Source: the human T2T-CHM13v2.0 reference genome, Homo sapiens
Strand: one strand, 5' to 3'
NCBI RefSeq assembly: GCF_009914755.1
Contig: NC_060933.1
DNA length: 64,000 nt
Shown here: positions 28,731 to 41,549 of the stretch, piece after piece
How the letters are laid out: every line of letters begins with the position of its first letter
Position numbering within the stretch: the stretch's first letter is position 1
Program-made: the position numbers and the translations under genes
Notes under the pieces: generated by a model
Databases searched by the model: none
The model's input: only the letters and a program-made list of their open reading frames with translations
Told to the model about the DNA's origin: nothing

Positions 28731-28999
28731 AGCTTCTTAGGAAGTAGTATCCTCTTTCCATTTGAACACAGACCAGTCTTAACCAAGAACAACAGGTGTT
28801 TAACTTCCAAAAGTGGACTCACATGACTCTTGTAACAAAGGATAATATTCATTCTAGACTTATATATTCAAAGAAACATACTGGAAGAAGTTAAGATTTG
28901 AAGGTAAGATTTCTGTAACTAAAGTTTAGTAATAATGAATAATGATTATAAATAAACAAGTAAACAAAAAAGTAAAAAACAAAAAAACAAGTAATAAAA

Positions 29000-29806
29000 G
29001 GTAAACAAACTTTTTTTTCTCTCACTTAACAATCTACACAGAAAACTTCTGTCATCAAATGTGTGGAGATTTCTCCCCATCAATAAGCAAACAATCAATT
29101 CTGCAAGAGACACCAGCTGGGTGTCCTCCAATTCAATTTCGACACTGTCTACCTGGAGATAGAGTCAGATCCCACAGGTTGAGGGCTCAGTCCCACAAGA
29201 CTGTATGCCTCTTCAGATACCAGCCAAAAGTCTGGGACTCTACAACTTCTGATCCACCAGCTCCAAGCTGGGGTTTCAATAGCCCCTTCTCTGGGTTTCA
29301 TTAATTTTCTAGAGCAGCTTGCAGAACTCAGGGAAACATGCTTACATTTACTGGTTTATTAAAAATGATATTACAAAAATACAGATAAAGAATTGTATAG
29401 GGTGAGGTACCGGGGAAGAATCATGAAGCTTCTATGGCCTCCTTGAACATACCACCCTCCAACACTGTCCAGATATTCAGCTATTTGGGGGAGTTCTCTT
29501 AGCCCTGTCCTTTTGGGTTTTTATGAAGCCTTCATTGTGTAGGCATGATTGATTAAACAATTGGCCATTGGTGACTAATTTAACCTTCAGACCTGGAGGT
29601 TGGGGAATGGAGGTAAAACACCAAACCCTGTAATCACGTCTTGGTGTTTACAGTGACCAGATCCCATGCTGAAGCTACCGGGTCAGCCAGCCACCAGTCA
29701 ACTCGATAGCACACAAAAAGACATTACTTTGGAGATTCTAAAGATGTTAGGACTTGTATGACAGGAAACAGGGACCAAAACCTAATATATATTTCACAAT
29801 ATCACA
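29000..29806 (-). mobile_element. MER21B-like solo LTR
   Basis: gacaccagctgggtgtcctccaattcaattt...atatatatttcacaatatcaca. Confidence 0.85.
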
Positions 29807-29829
29807 AATGGTTTAACAGTTTAAGAATT

Positions 29830-30225
29830 AGACTTATAGAATCATATAATTTCACAGTTAGATGGTTGCTTTTAACACTTTTGAGAATCTTACCCCTTTG
29901 AAAAATAACTCTCTACCACATCTCCGGAAAGTTACCAAAAAGTTAGTGTTTACATATTTCCTATGATTGGAAGCTTATTACCTTGTGACACAGTTTGATT
30001 GCATTTATTTTCACTTATTTGGGTCATAAAGAATTAGGGTAATTGTTTTTTTCCCATGACATTGCTATAGCTATTTGAAGACAGTGATCACATTCCTCCT
30101 CTATCCCACCAGCATTAATATCCACATATGTTTTTCAATCTTTTCTCATACCCTAAGATCATTTGAGTACCTTCCTATCCTCCTCATTTCTCTTTAAATG
30201 AGCTATGAATTTTATGCAGAATACT
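29830..30225 (-). mobile_element. L3/CR1 fragment
   Basis: tagaatcata... and tatttgaagacagtgatcacattcc resemble the CR1/L3 3' region. Confidence 0.45.
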
Positions 30226-32401
30226 CAAAGGATTTATATTTTTATCATGTGTCATGAAAATGTTAAAACATATATTTCTGATAGTCAACAGATGAGACAT
30301 TTTGTTGAAAGAGATTCTTCAAATTATTGTGTAACACCAAGGGAAAATTGAAGGTCAAAGACACAATCAAATGTTTCTAGATTCCCTTAGAACCATTACA
30401 GGTGGATGGCACAGTTCATTTCCTTAATTGTGGGAAATACTTTTTCTGCTCATCTCATACTTTGGCCTCAGTCCATAAAGTAGGGAATTTCTGTTTTGCT
30501 TTGACTCTTCCAACCATGTACGTTTTTCCCCATGAAAAGGACGAGATGTGAATCTAATGAACTACATTTTACAAGTGGTCAGAGACAGTGATAACAATTA
30601 GTGTTTGTAAATGGAAATTTTCTAAGACTCTCTTGCCTTTTCTTTCTCCATACAGTGAGCAACTCAGCTAGGGCTTGCAAGATGTCATGTTATTTTCTCT
30701 GTGCTTGCCTTTGAATGGATCAGCAAGGCACACCTTTGTGTGCCTCACTCATGCGGGCTAGGTCATGAAGTAGGCACCTACTCTTTGGAACTCCCTTGGC
30801 TCACTCTCTTTTGCATATCTGCATGTATGGGTTTCAATACAGAGAGTTAAAATAAGAGAGAGATTGGAGGCCTGGTTTAACTTCAAGTTTAAATCATACT
30901 ATGTCACTCCTCCACTTGCCACAGCCCTACAAAAAAAGACCCAGACACTCACTAAGTAATTTATAAATAGGCATTTTGCTTTCCATTTAGTTAGTTTTCT
31001 TTTAATAGCTATGACATTGGTCAAATCTGCCAGAAGGCAGACTAGTGAATAGTACGACAATTTTCTCAACAAGCATAAAACAATATTTTCCATCTTCTGC
31101 CAGTGAACCTCATTGATGAAGCTTCCTGATTTATACAAATTTACATTGATTTCCTTCATTTTTTCATCATTTCTAGCCCATAACTACAGGCTTAAGTGCC
31201 AAATTATTTTCTGCCTTAAATATGATAGTAATTGTTTTATGCTTCCTAATTAAATTATAATATCTTTGAAGATGAAACTAGTCATTATATTTGAATACTT
31301 TTTTTTGTAGCCCCCACTATAAAGTACACAAAGCATTCTTGATAATATAACAAAAATTCAATATTAAATTCAAAAATTTCCTGATAATTCAGCTTTTCCT
31401 TTTTTGAATTTAAATGGCCATTTGCACATATAAAATCATATCCTGGTAAATTAAAGGCATCAATAAAATGCCTCAGGTAGGGGGTTTTGAAGGTCAACTA
31501 CATCAGACTTAAAAGACAGTCTGCATATTTTATTTGAAAAGTTTATCTGACTCAAAATATCTAAAGAGGGTTACTATTTCCTTGTTTTAGTGTAAACGCT
31601 GCCATCTCCTCTAGCCCTTGCCTCTCACCCACCCCTTGTATTTTCTACTCCCTACGCTGTCCTGTTCTACTTCCACTATTTCATTTTCTCTCCATACCTA
31701 AATTACATGACATGAAGATGCATGCAAAATATTTCTAGTTCACAAAATGCAATCCATCAACACTTCTTATACATTGCCCAGAAATTAATCCATTTTAGTT
31801 GAGGAAGTAGATACATCAATTTAAGTGGGAGATTTTTGACAGTTTAATTCAAATTAAGTCCACTTTGTTCAATTTGAAGGGATCTGAAAGAGGATGCAGG
31901 AGGATGGGGGGATATATGTATGTCTTATTAGGGGAAAACAAATGCACTTCTCCACATTAAGCATATCTGTGGAGATTTTTAGTTAAAAAAGCGACATCAT
32001 AAAATGTTGCTAATTTATGTTCCCTCAACAAATGGTGAATTACTCACTTCATTTTATGTTGCTCTTTCTTTGCTTTTGGCTAGATCCTGAAAGTGCTGAG
32101 AGATTATAGGGCGAAGGAAAGGGGCACAGACTCTTTTCCAACTTTGGAGTTGGCTACACTATGTTGGCCATGATTCATTTAATGAAGCTTTTGCTAAAAG
32201 GCTTGATCAATGCATAACAGCATTGATATTTTCAAGATTTAAAATTCTGGATTTGAAATGAAAAATTCTGTACCATACCGCATTTTTGAGTATCTAAATT
32301 TTTTGGTCTTCAGAACTCAACTATCTTAATATGCAGTGCTCAGATAATTTTATCATAGTCTGAATTTTGCAGATGAATCCAACACACTGCAAAACTCTAA
32401 A

Positions 32402-33125
32402 CCAGAAATCAGAAATCCTAATGCCTACAGAATCTTAGAAAATAGAACAAATGTGAAGGAGAATGCAGTAAGGTAATAGGGAGTGGTGGAACTATGTAAA
32501 ATTAAAGGGAATGTGCTTCACTTAAAAGGGGTAATGAAACAGTACTTAGTTCTTGATCATTGTTGTAATGGGGTGATATGGTTAGGCTTTCTATCCCCAC
32601 CCAAATCTCATCTTGAATTGTAATCCCCAGGTGTTGAGGAAGAGACCTTGTAGAAGGTGATTGGATCATGGGTATGGTTCCCCCATGCTGTTCTTATGAC
32701 AGTGAGTGAGTCTCACAAGAGCTAATGGTTTTATAAGCATCTGGCATTTCCCCTGCTTGCACTTCTCTTTCCTGCCACAATGTGAAGAAGGTCTTTGCTT
32801 TCTCTTTGTCTTCACCATGATTGTACGTTTCCTGAGGCCTCCCCAGCCATGCAGAATTGTGAATCTATTAAGCCTCTTTCCTTTATAATTTACCCGGTTT
32901 TAGGTATATATTTTATAGCAGTGTGAGAACAGACTAATACATAGGGTAAGGACAGGCATAGTTTTACTAGACCTTCCAGTTTTTCAAGAGAATATAAAAA
33001 TCCATGTATATATGAATATGTATACATGTATGTATTAAATCTTTGAATTTTTAAGTGTTTGTGCAAACAATGTAAAACATGTCTGGGACTGAATTTCATC
33101 CATGTATTGCCACTGTATATTATTG
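32402..33125 (+). mobile_element. MER102-like hAT MITE split by a THE1 LTR
   Basis: aatgcctacag...aatagggagtggtggaactatg...ccttccagtttttcaagagaa...aaaacatgtctgggactgaatt. Confidence 0.65.
32574..32941 (+). mobile_element. THE1C/D MaLR solo LTR
   Basis: tgatatggttaggcttt...gcagtgtgagaacagactaataca; TSD tgggg/taggg. Confidence 0.92.
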
Positions 33126-35324
33126 CTTTAGAACATTGTGCAGAGTTAGCAAATATACACTTTTCTTGATACTACTTCCCTCCCCTGTGCCCACGGAAGA
33201 TGCTGCTGATTGATCATAGAATCTTTTTCCACAATGTCCCAAAATGAACTTAGAATTAATTCCAAAAGGCACTGCAAGCAGCCAAAACCAACTATTTAGG
33301 GATGGTGTACAAGAAAAATTTGTCTGCAATTCTAGACACAGGCAAATTAATAATCACATTTAAAGGTTTTACCATGTATACTAGAAAATCATAAAACTTG
33401 ATAAAGAACTGGGTCAGATACTAAGTTACAATAATTATATCTCATTATTTGTTTGCCTTTTTCAACTTATAAATTGTGTTCAAATATATTTTCTAATTAG
33501 AGCCTCTAAGATCCTTATGAGGCAGGACAAAAATTGTGTCTATATTAGAAAGGAGAAAACAAATGTTCACAGAAGTTAAGTGAGTTGCCAAAGATCACAC
33601 ATCTAGTAATTAGAAGCATTAAAAAATAGTATCTCAGGCAGCTAGAGATATTTATTATAATAAAAAATAATTGAAAAAAATCCACAGGGAAAGAAAAATT
33701 AAGCTCCTAGTACTTCAGCAAAAAGAAGCAGTGAAAAGTTCCACAGAGTGTTTAGTTTGCTTATATCTTGCTAATTACCAAGTACAGTTGGGGAACAAAT
33801 GCCTGGACTTGCAAAGTAATTCTACACTGTTGAAGATGAGTGAACAATTCTTATAATTTTATTGTGGCCTGTCTCATATTCTCTTTGTTGGCATCTAGGA
33901 GAGGTGGAGAGAGAGGGAGAGAGAGCTTCAGATTAGAGAGATTACAAGAAAGCATGCTTCTCTTCTTAGCTAGTCAACTGTAGATATGTAGATTATGGTT
34001 CTTTCTAACCTTTATTTCTCACCTGGGAAATTATATTGCCTTTCCACTGCAGTCACCATTACTTTTATTAGGATAAAAAAAAAAAAAACTTACTTTCTCC
34101 CCATATGTAAGGAGGATAATTGCCCAATGGGGCATAACTACAACTTGTCCTTCCAACAAAAAAAGAGCTGCTTTAGATCTCGAATTACATTCCCCAATTA
34201 CAATGCTGTCATAATGATAATGAAGACGATGATTATTTTGATTAATGGTTATATAAATAATTCCTCCCATTTTTGAAGTTTTATAAACTATAACATGCTT
34301 TCACATGTTGCTTTACATTTGATTTTCAGAAAAAACCTTCTTAGGTAAACAGAGCAAGCAAGATGAGAGGAAGAAAAATCAATGCTTGCAATTTTTAGCA
34401 ATTAAATGTCAAAATCAAATCAAATAAAACCAATATCAAAGGGAAACATTTGCAATGTGAGAACACAAGAAGGGGGACCTTAAGATAAATACTGGCAGAC
34501 ACAGTAGAATCATACAAAGATTTATGAGCTGTTAGAATCCTGCATACACACACACACCCACTCACTTCAGTAACTTAGATTTTAGAGGTGGTTCTTTTAG
34601 ATTAACAGTCCTTATGGTTAAAAGAGGTTGATTAGCTTGTTATCTGTGCTGACTTTTAGGGAATGTGGCAACTATTTGTGCACAGGTAAGTTATGGAAAC
34701 ATTTTTAAAGTATTTTTTCCTGAATTCAAAATTTTTAACATTTTAGGAATATGTTTATGTGTGTGTAGTGAGATTTTTCCATTAGGCTATAGTCCTGAAT
34801 TTTCAACATATTCAGAAAAATAGAATTTGGCTCAATTCTCTGATTATCGTTCATACAAATAATTTTGCTGATGAGAATGCAGTTTCAGTGACCTTCAGCA
34901 TTCCACTCATCTCCCAGATTACTTCTCAGATATTTTGGCATTCACTTATACCAACTCCCAAGTTGTATTTCATTAAAAACATTTCTCTTGAATATCTTCA
35001 ACTTATATCCAATATTCCTTTAATGCACTCATACCTAGAGCGCTGGTCATGTCAACCCACATCATGAACATTGTAATAGTTTCTTAGGTAAAAATATATA
35101 TAACTTTTTATCCTGAAGTTAGCATCATTCTATTACTAACTCAGAGCATCATTAAACCCTTTGTGATTGATCCATCTTTCCAGCTATCCATCCTCTCTAT
35201 ACATCCATCACTCTATTCATTCATGCTATCACACCAAAGTATGTACTGAGTATTAGCTATAAGCCTGAGCCTGATGAGAAATATAGAAGCCCTGCCTCTG
35301 AAGTGCTTATTGGCTACTTTATGA

Positions 35325-35595
35325 GTCTCAACCAAATATGTATATTAGAATTTTTTTTTTAAATATGGCAGCGCACCAGCATGGCACATGTATACATATG
35401 TAACTAACCTGCACAATGTGCACATGTACCCTAAAACTTAAAGTATAATAAAAAAAAAGAAAAGAAAAAAAATATGGACTTCTGTGTTCCATCTCAGAAA
35501 TTCTGATTTGAGTTAATATAGGGCTTAGGTATTTCAACCTTAAAACAAGCAAAACCTCAGATGATTTTGCTGTACAACCCGAAATAAGAAACATT
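35325..35595. mobile_element. MER5A-like MITE, host of the young L1 tail
   Basis: ctcagaaattctgatttgagtt...aaacaagcaaaacctcagatgattttgctg...taagaaacatt. Confidence 0.55.
35369..35469 (+). mobile_element. ~100-bp young L1 3' tail (L1PA2/L1HS type)
   Basis: gcagcgcaccagcatggcacatgtatacatatgtaactaacctgcacaatgtgcacatgtaccctaaaacttaaagtataat + poly(A); TSD aaatatgg at 35361-35368 and 35470-35477. Confidence 0.95.
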
Positions 35596-35729
35596 AGATA
35601 ATTCATCCCATGTTAGTATCTAACATTAATATTCCCATTTTTTGCCATGATAACTAAAATGTGAGGTGGCTTAATGAACTTTCCAGCATGACAGGCTAGG
35701 AAAAAAAAATGACTACAATCTGGCTTTAA

Positions 35730-37019
35730 CAAAGGGGAATGGATTCCCTATTTAATAAATGGTGCTGGAAAAACTGGCTAGCCATATGCAGAAAACAGAA
35801 ACTGGACCCCTTTCTTACACCTTATATAAAAATTAACTCAAGATCGATTAAAGACTTAAATGTAAAACCCCAAACCATAAAACCCTAGAAGAAAACCTTG
35901 GCAATATCATTCAGGACATAGGCATGGGCAAAGACTTCATGACTGAAACAGCAAAAGCAATTGCAACAAAAGCTAAAATTGACAAATAGGATTTAATTAA
36001 ACTAAACAGCTTCTGCACAGCAAAAGAAACTATCATCAGAGTGAACAGGCAACCTACAGAATGGGAAATAATTTTTGCAATCTACCCATCTGACAAAGGG
36101 CTAATATCCAGAATCTACAAGGAACTTAAACAAATTTAAAAGAAAAAAAAAAAAAACAAATAACCCCATCAAAAAGTGGGCAAAGATATAAACAGACACT
36201 TTTCAAAAGAAGACATTTATGCAACCAACAAACATATGAAAAAAAGCTAATCATCACTGGTCATTAGGGAAATGCAGATCAAAACCACAATGAGATACCA
36301 CCTTATGCCAGTCAGAAAGGTGATTATTAAAAAGTCAGGAAACAACAGATGCTGGTGAGGCCGTGGAGAAATAGGAACACTTTTACATGGTGCGTGGGAG
36401 TGTAGATTAGTTCAACCATTGTGGAAGACAGTGTGATGATTTCTCAAGGATCTAGAACCAGAAATATCATTCGATCCAGCAATCCCATTACTGGGTATAT
36501 ACCCAAAGGATTATAAATCATTCTACTGTAAAGGCACATGCACACGTATGTCTATTGCAGTACTATTTACAATAGCAAAGACTTGGAACCAACCCAAATG
36601 CCCATCAATGGTAGACTGGGTAAAGAAAATGTGGCATATATACACCATGGAATACTATGCAGCCATAAAAAAGGATGAGTTCATATCCTTTGCAGGTATA
36701 CGGATGAAGCTGGAAGCCATCATTCTCAGCAAGCTAACACAGAAACAGAAAACCCAACACCACATGTTCTCACTCGTAAGTGGGAGTTGAACAATGAGAG
36801 CACATAATCACAGGGAGGGGAACATCACGCAGTGGGGCATGTCAGTGGGTGGGGGCAAGAGAAGAGACAGCATTAGGACAAATAACTAATGCCTGTAGGG
36901 CTTAAAAGCTAGATGACAGGTTGATAGGTGCAGCAAATCACCATGGCACTTGTATCTATGTAACAAACCTGCACGTTCTGCACATGTATCCAAGAACTTA
37001 AAGTAAAAAAAACAAAAAA
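35730..37019 (+). mobile_element. 5'-truncated L1PA7/8-type element inserted in a MIR
   Basis: ORF 36548-36790 is the ORF2p C-terminus (WNQPKCPS...MFSLVSGS); 3' UTR agatgacaggttgataggtgcagcaaa; TSD core ctggctttaa at 35720-35729 and 37020-37029. Confidence 0.95.
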
Positions 37020-37084
37020 CTGGCTTTAATATACAGATCCTTCTTCTACCTACAGTGCTGTTTTTATATTATCCCTGCTATCAA

Positions 37085-37573
37085 AATACTGCTTTGTATT
37101 TTTGCCAAAAAAATTAAACCTGAACTTGATTAGTCTATGTCGTAAAACCAATTTATGCTGTATATGAAACATACAGGAGAATTCTATACAAAATCACAAC
37201 ACATAATTAGTAAATATGTAGACAGTGGAAAATGTTATAGAACAAAAATCATGTTTTTATATAAATAAATAGAATAAAAATTATGAAAAGAAATTCTTAT
37301 ACTAAAAGAGGTTTTTGAAGACACACCTACCAATTACAATGTATGAACATTATTTAGATCCTAATTTAGACACACTATAAAAATATGAGACACTCAGGAA
37401 ACTTTGGACTTTGATTTATGTTATCAGGGAATTTTTGCTAATTTATTTCAGTTGTAAAGTAATGTTTTGTTTATATTTAAAAACAGTTCTTACTGTTTTG
37501 AGCCACCTATTGAAATATTTATAGAAGAAATTATATCACACCTGGCCTTTAAAAATGGGAATATAGTTGTGTG

Positions 37574-37615
<42 letters not shown>

Positions 37616-37715
37616 GAGAGAGAGTAATTGTGGAAACGAGGATTGATGTGTGGGGGTTGCTATACTTTTCTCTCTACTTTTGTATGTATTTAACATTTTC
37701 CACAATGACATACTT
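37085..37715 (+). mobile_element. old L1MC/ME 3' end containing (TA)n at ~37577-37612
   Basis: tgtatgaacattatttagatcctaattt...ctacttttgtatgtatttaacattttccacaat. Confidence 0.65.
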
Positions 37716-38200
37716 AAAAATACTTCTTATACGGCCTGGAAGGAGAATAAAGTCAGCTTGAATCTGGGGTCCTGGACAGTGCAATGGAGTTAGGGCAAAT
37801 GGAACAAAGTGCAAAGCTGTCCCTCGTTTCCAGCCCTCTCTACTCCTATACCCCCAACTACTCAAGCCAGAAGTTTGAGATTAATTCATTCATTCTATGC
37901 ATCACTATTTTCCTCAACCCTCACTTCCACCATTTTCAGTCAATTTCTAAGTCCTTCCCACTGCAGCTCCAAATATCTTTTGGTGTTTCGAGAAGTATGA
38001 GATTTTATTCCCACATCTCTACCTCCATTTACCTAATCCATAATCTCCTTCCTATTGATTATACATCCCAACCGGTTTCTTTCTTCTGCTAATCTTGAAC
38101 CTCCATAACCCATTTTCTACTCAAAACCAGAGTCTCCTGTTGACATGTAAATATGATTGTGTCACTTTTCTATTTCAAATCTTCTAATGAGTTGTACTGT

Positions 38201-38337
38201 ATTTATTTATTTATGTAATTTTATTTATTTTAGAGGCAGAGTTTCACTGTGTTGCCCAGGCTGGCCTTGAACTCCTAGATTCAAGGGACCCTCCCACCAC
38301 CTCAGCCTGCCAAGTAGCTGAGTAGCAGAAACTACAC
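38201..38337 (-). mobile_element. FLAM monomer within an L2
   Basis: tttagaggcagagtttcactgtgttgcccaggctggccttgaactcct...ctcagcctgccaagtagctg. Confidence 0.85.
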
Positions 38338-38540
38338 TCCTGTCCCACTGTGCCAGGATATCGTTAGTATATTTGGAAACAAACCTTCATATCTTATTAA
38401 TATATACAGTGTTTTACATAATAAAATTCCTGCCAACTATCTATGAGCCTCCCTCAGTGTGTTTCAAACTTACCATGTCGGGTAAGAGATATCCATTTTG
38501 AACCATTTCTCCCCCTGCTCCACAATTGTTTCATCCACTC

Positions 38541-38985
38541 TGATAGATTGCATTATTGTCCCAAATTCATTTTTCCCAATATCTATACTCTTTGCCGTGT
38601 AAATCTGTGATGTCCTTCCACTGTAGGTGAGATGTACTTTCCTACTCCTGACTGTGGATTTGGCCATATAACTTCCTTTGGCCAATAAAATATGGTGAAA
38701 TTGATTATTACATTTCTGAGGCTCAGCCTAAGATGGCTTGCCTGTTTCTCTTTGTGCTTCTGTGCTTAAGGAGACCAAGATGAACATGCCCAGGCTAGTC
38801 TGCTGGTCCCAGGAGGAAGATAAAAGCACAAGGAACACTGCCTCCTCCTTGTACCCCTCAGTCTACATCACGAGACCTCAGCCCACTTACACACATGAAC
38901 TAAATAAAAGGCTTATCCATGTATGCTATTGCTATTATGTAACTATTTGTTACACAGTATTAGCATGTCCATAACTGATTCACCC
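38541..38985 (+). mobile_element. MLT1H/I/J-type MaLR solo LTR
   Basis: gatttggccatataacttcctttggccaataaaat...gaacatgcccaggctagtctgctggtccc...tttgttacacagtatt. Confidence 0.75.
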
Positions 38986-40029
38986 ACCTTGGGGAACAGG
39001 ATTTGCAAATTCCTGTTATGTCTCCCAGGGTTATGATTAAAAAAGCATAAGCATGTTCCCCAGCTATGGATCTATGGCTTAGAAGTTGTTTGATCTGGGG
39101 CGGTCATTTCATCTCTCAGACTCAGTTTTCTTAATCAAATGATGATTTTAGAAACCCTCTCTGACTCTCTCAAGTGAAAAATAGACAAAAGAAAGTTTTA
39201 CAAAGTATGAAGCACCTGAGCTGTATGGGTCAAAAGGCACTTTTCCCACCCCGACCTTCCATGACCTCGACCCCGGGCAACCTTTGGACGTTTACTCCAT
39301 TTCCAAAAGTGATAGACTGCCTGGGTCCAGAGTTTTCCTTTTACAGATAGGATTTATGATCTTATAAACTCTGAATCACTGTGTCTAATAAAGAGTCTTG
39401 CAGGCTTGAGTGGTGTCCAATTTCATAATTGTTAGAGTAACTCAATCATTTTCAAATATGTGGTTTCAGTAGCCAGAGACCTTGGGGACTGTGCCGACTC
39501 TAGCAAGTATGCCCCCATCACCATCAGGGCTGCCTCCTAGGCGAGCCATATCTCAAGTCTCCAAGTGCTACAGGTATCTAAAATAAATAAGAAGATGGTT
39601 GGAGTTTTTACCTTTTTAAAATTTTGTTTTGCCAAATTCGTTTTTCTACATACATAGAAGGGAGAAAGAAGTAACCTCAACTTTGTGGGGATATGATTTA
39701 AAAGGGTGTTAGCAGCAATTTTTAGTTTTCCAAATTAAATTCCTTGTGGCATGTGTATTTATACCTGTGTGCATGTAAGTGTGTAGGGGAGGTGGGTGTT
39801 TTGGTGAGGATAAGGGAAATAAAAACTGCTCTTTTCTATGTAACGTCAATGATTTTAGTCTGGAAAATAAACTACTTTAAATTTTTCAAATTCTCTCCAG
39901 TTGCTGACACTTCTCAAAGATTAAACATGATTATTCTTTCTGCTTTTCAAATATTTATTTTCTTCTTTATCCTCCTGTTCCTTTCCCTTTCTCTGCTATA
40001 CACATACACATTTCTGAACACTCACCCTT

Positions 40030-40280
40030 CAAGTCTTAGTTTGGACAATAGCGCATAGTGGTTAAGAGTTCAAACTTCAGAGACAGATCACTTGGCACGA
40101 ATGGCTGAGTCATTTGGGAAAGTCACTTAACCCCTGGGTCACACAGTCTCTTCATGCTCAAAATTCGGTAATAACAATAAAAGATTCCTCATAAAATTAT
40201 GAGAATTAAATTACTTAATATATAAATGTAGTTGGTGCTTGGCACACAGCTACGTAAGTGTTTGCAGTTATTATTAGACA
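40030..40280 (+). mobile_element. MIR
   Basis: agcgcatagtggttaagag...gggaaagtcacttaaccc...gtgcttggcacacag. Confidence 0.8.
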
Positions 40281-40925
40281 TCATTTCCCTGGAAATTTTT
40301 CTACTCCCTAGAAAATGAAATGAAAAGGATAACTTTCTTTTTTCCTAATGATCATTTTATTCCAATTACCCATTAAACTCTAATCAGCAGGGGAGAAACC
40401 ATGGCAGCCAATGTTTTATACCAAAAACCCAGCATAATTCTGATCACATAATAAGCACTAACCATTTTGTTGAATGGATGAGTAAATAAGTGAAATTATA
40501 AAACTAAGACAGATCTTCAAGATCCTCTTCTCCTACCTAGTGCATTTTTTCTCTACATTTTCCCTTTACACCTTACCTTATGGAAGGTAATCAAACTTCA
40601 GATTGAGTACCTCTAGTGACTGAGAGCTCAATGCCTACCAGATGTATTCCTGGATAGCCGTGATTGCTGGAAGAGTTTCCTTTATATTAAAGTCACTGCG
40701 TGTTTGTGTATGCATGTGTGTGCGTGACCCCTCATCATTTGAATTAAGTCTACTGTCTTCAGCCACACAAACTGTCTTCAACATGACATTTCTTTGAATT
40801 GGAGATACCGTGTTTTGCCAAAGCCTTCTCTTTGGCAGGCTAGCCGTTTCAAGTTTATTTCATTACATGTTATACTACATAGCTTCAAACTCAAGAGGAT
40901 CACATATTCCCTTCATAAGTGACTC

Positions 40926-41129
40926 TTTTTTTTTTAACTTGTATTTTAAGTTCAGGAGTATGAGTGCAGGTTTGTTAAACAGGTAAACTTGTGTCATGAA
41001 AGTTTGTTGTCCAGATTATTTCATCACCCAGATATTAAGCCTAGTACCCAGTAGTTATTCTTTCTGATCCTCTCCCTCCTCCCACCCTCCACCCCTCAAA
41101 AGGTCCCAGTGTGTGTTGTTTTCCTCTAT
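40926..41129 (-). mobile_element. ~200-bp L1PA13-16-type 3' end
   Basis: tattttaagttcaggagtatgagtgcaggtttgtta...; TSD gtgactc(t/a)tttt at 40919 and 41130. Confidence 0.9.
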
Positions 41130-41169
41130 GTGACTCATTTTTTATTTCAATAGCATACACATAGTACCA

Positions 41170-41482
41170 CAAACATTTCCCAAAGTATATTCTAGGGATA
41201 TATATTCCACAGATGTTAGAAGATATGACCGTAATATTTAAAAATTATTGTTAAGTTGGGAAGTTGAGGTAAACTTAATGTTGAGGTAAACAACATTAAA
41301 TTTATATCTTTTTAAAAGATTTCTTAGAATTTTTAATATTCTAATGTACTTTGTGAATCTCCAAAGGCTCTTTCAATATGCAGCTTATCTCAAAAATTAT
41401 TTGACCAAATAAATGATTTGTTTTTTTCTAGGGCATCTTGCAGGACTACTGTTCCATGAAAAACTCATTTACAGATGCTGAA
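41170..41482. mobile_element. hAT-Charlie non-autonomous element (family uncertain)
   Basis: catttcccaaagtatattc ... gactactgttccatgaaaaactcatttacagatgctg resemble Charlie termini. Confidence 0.5.
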
Positions 41483-41549
41483 CCAATATTGGTATACACT
41501 TTTGTTTAGAAACCTCAATACCTTGCTTTTTAGAATTTTACTTATCCAT

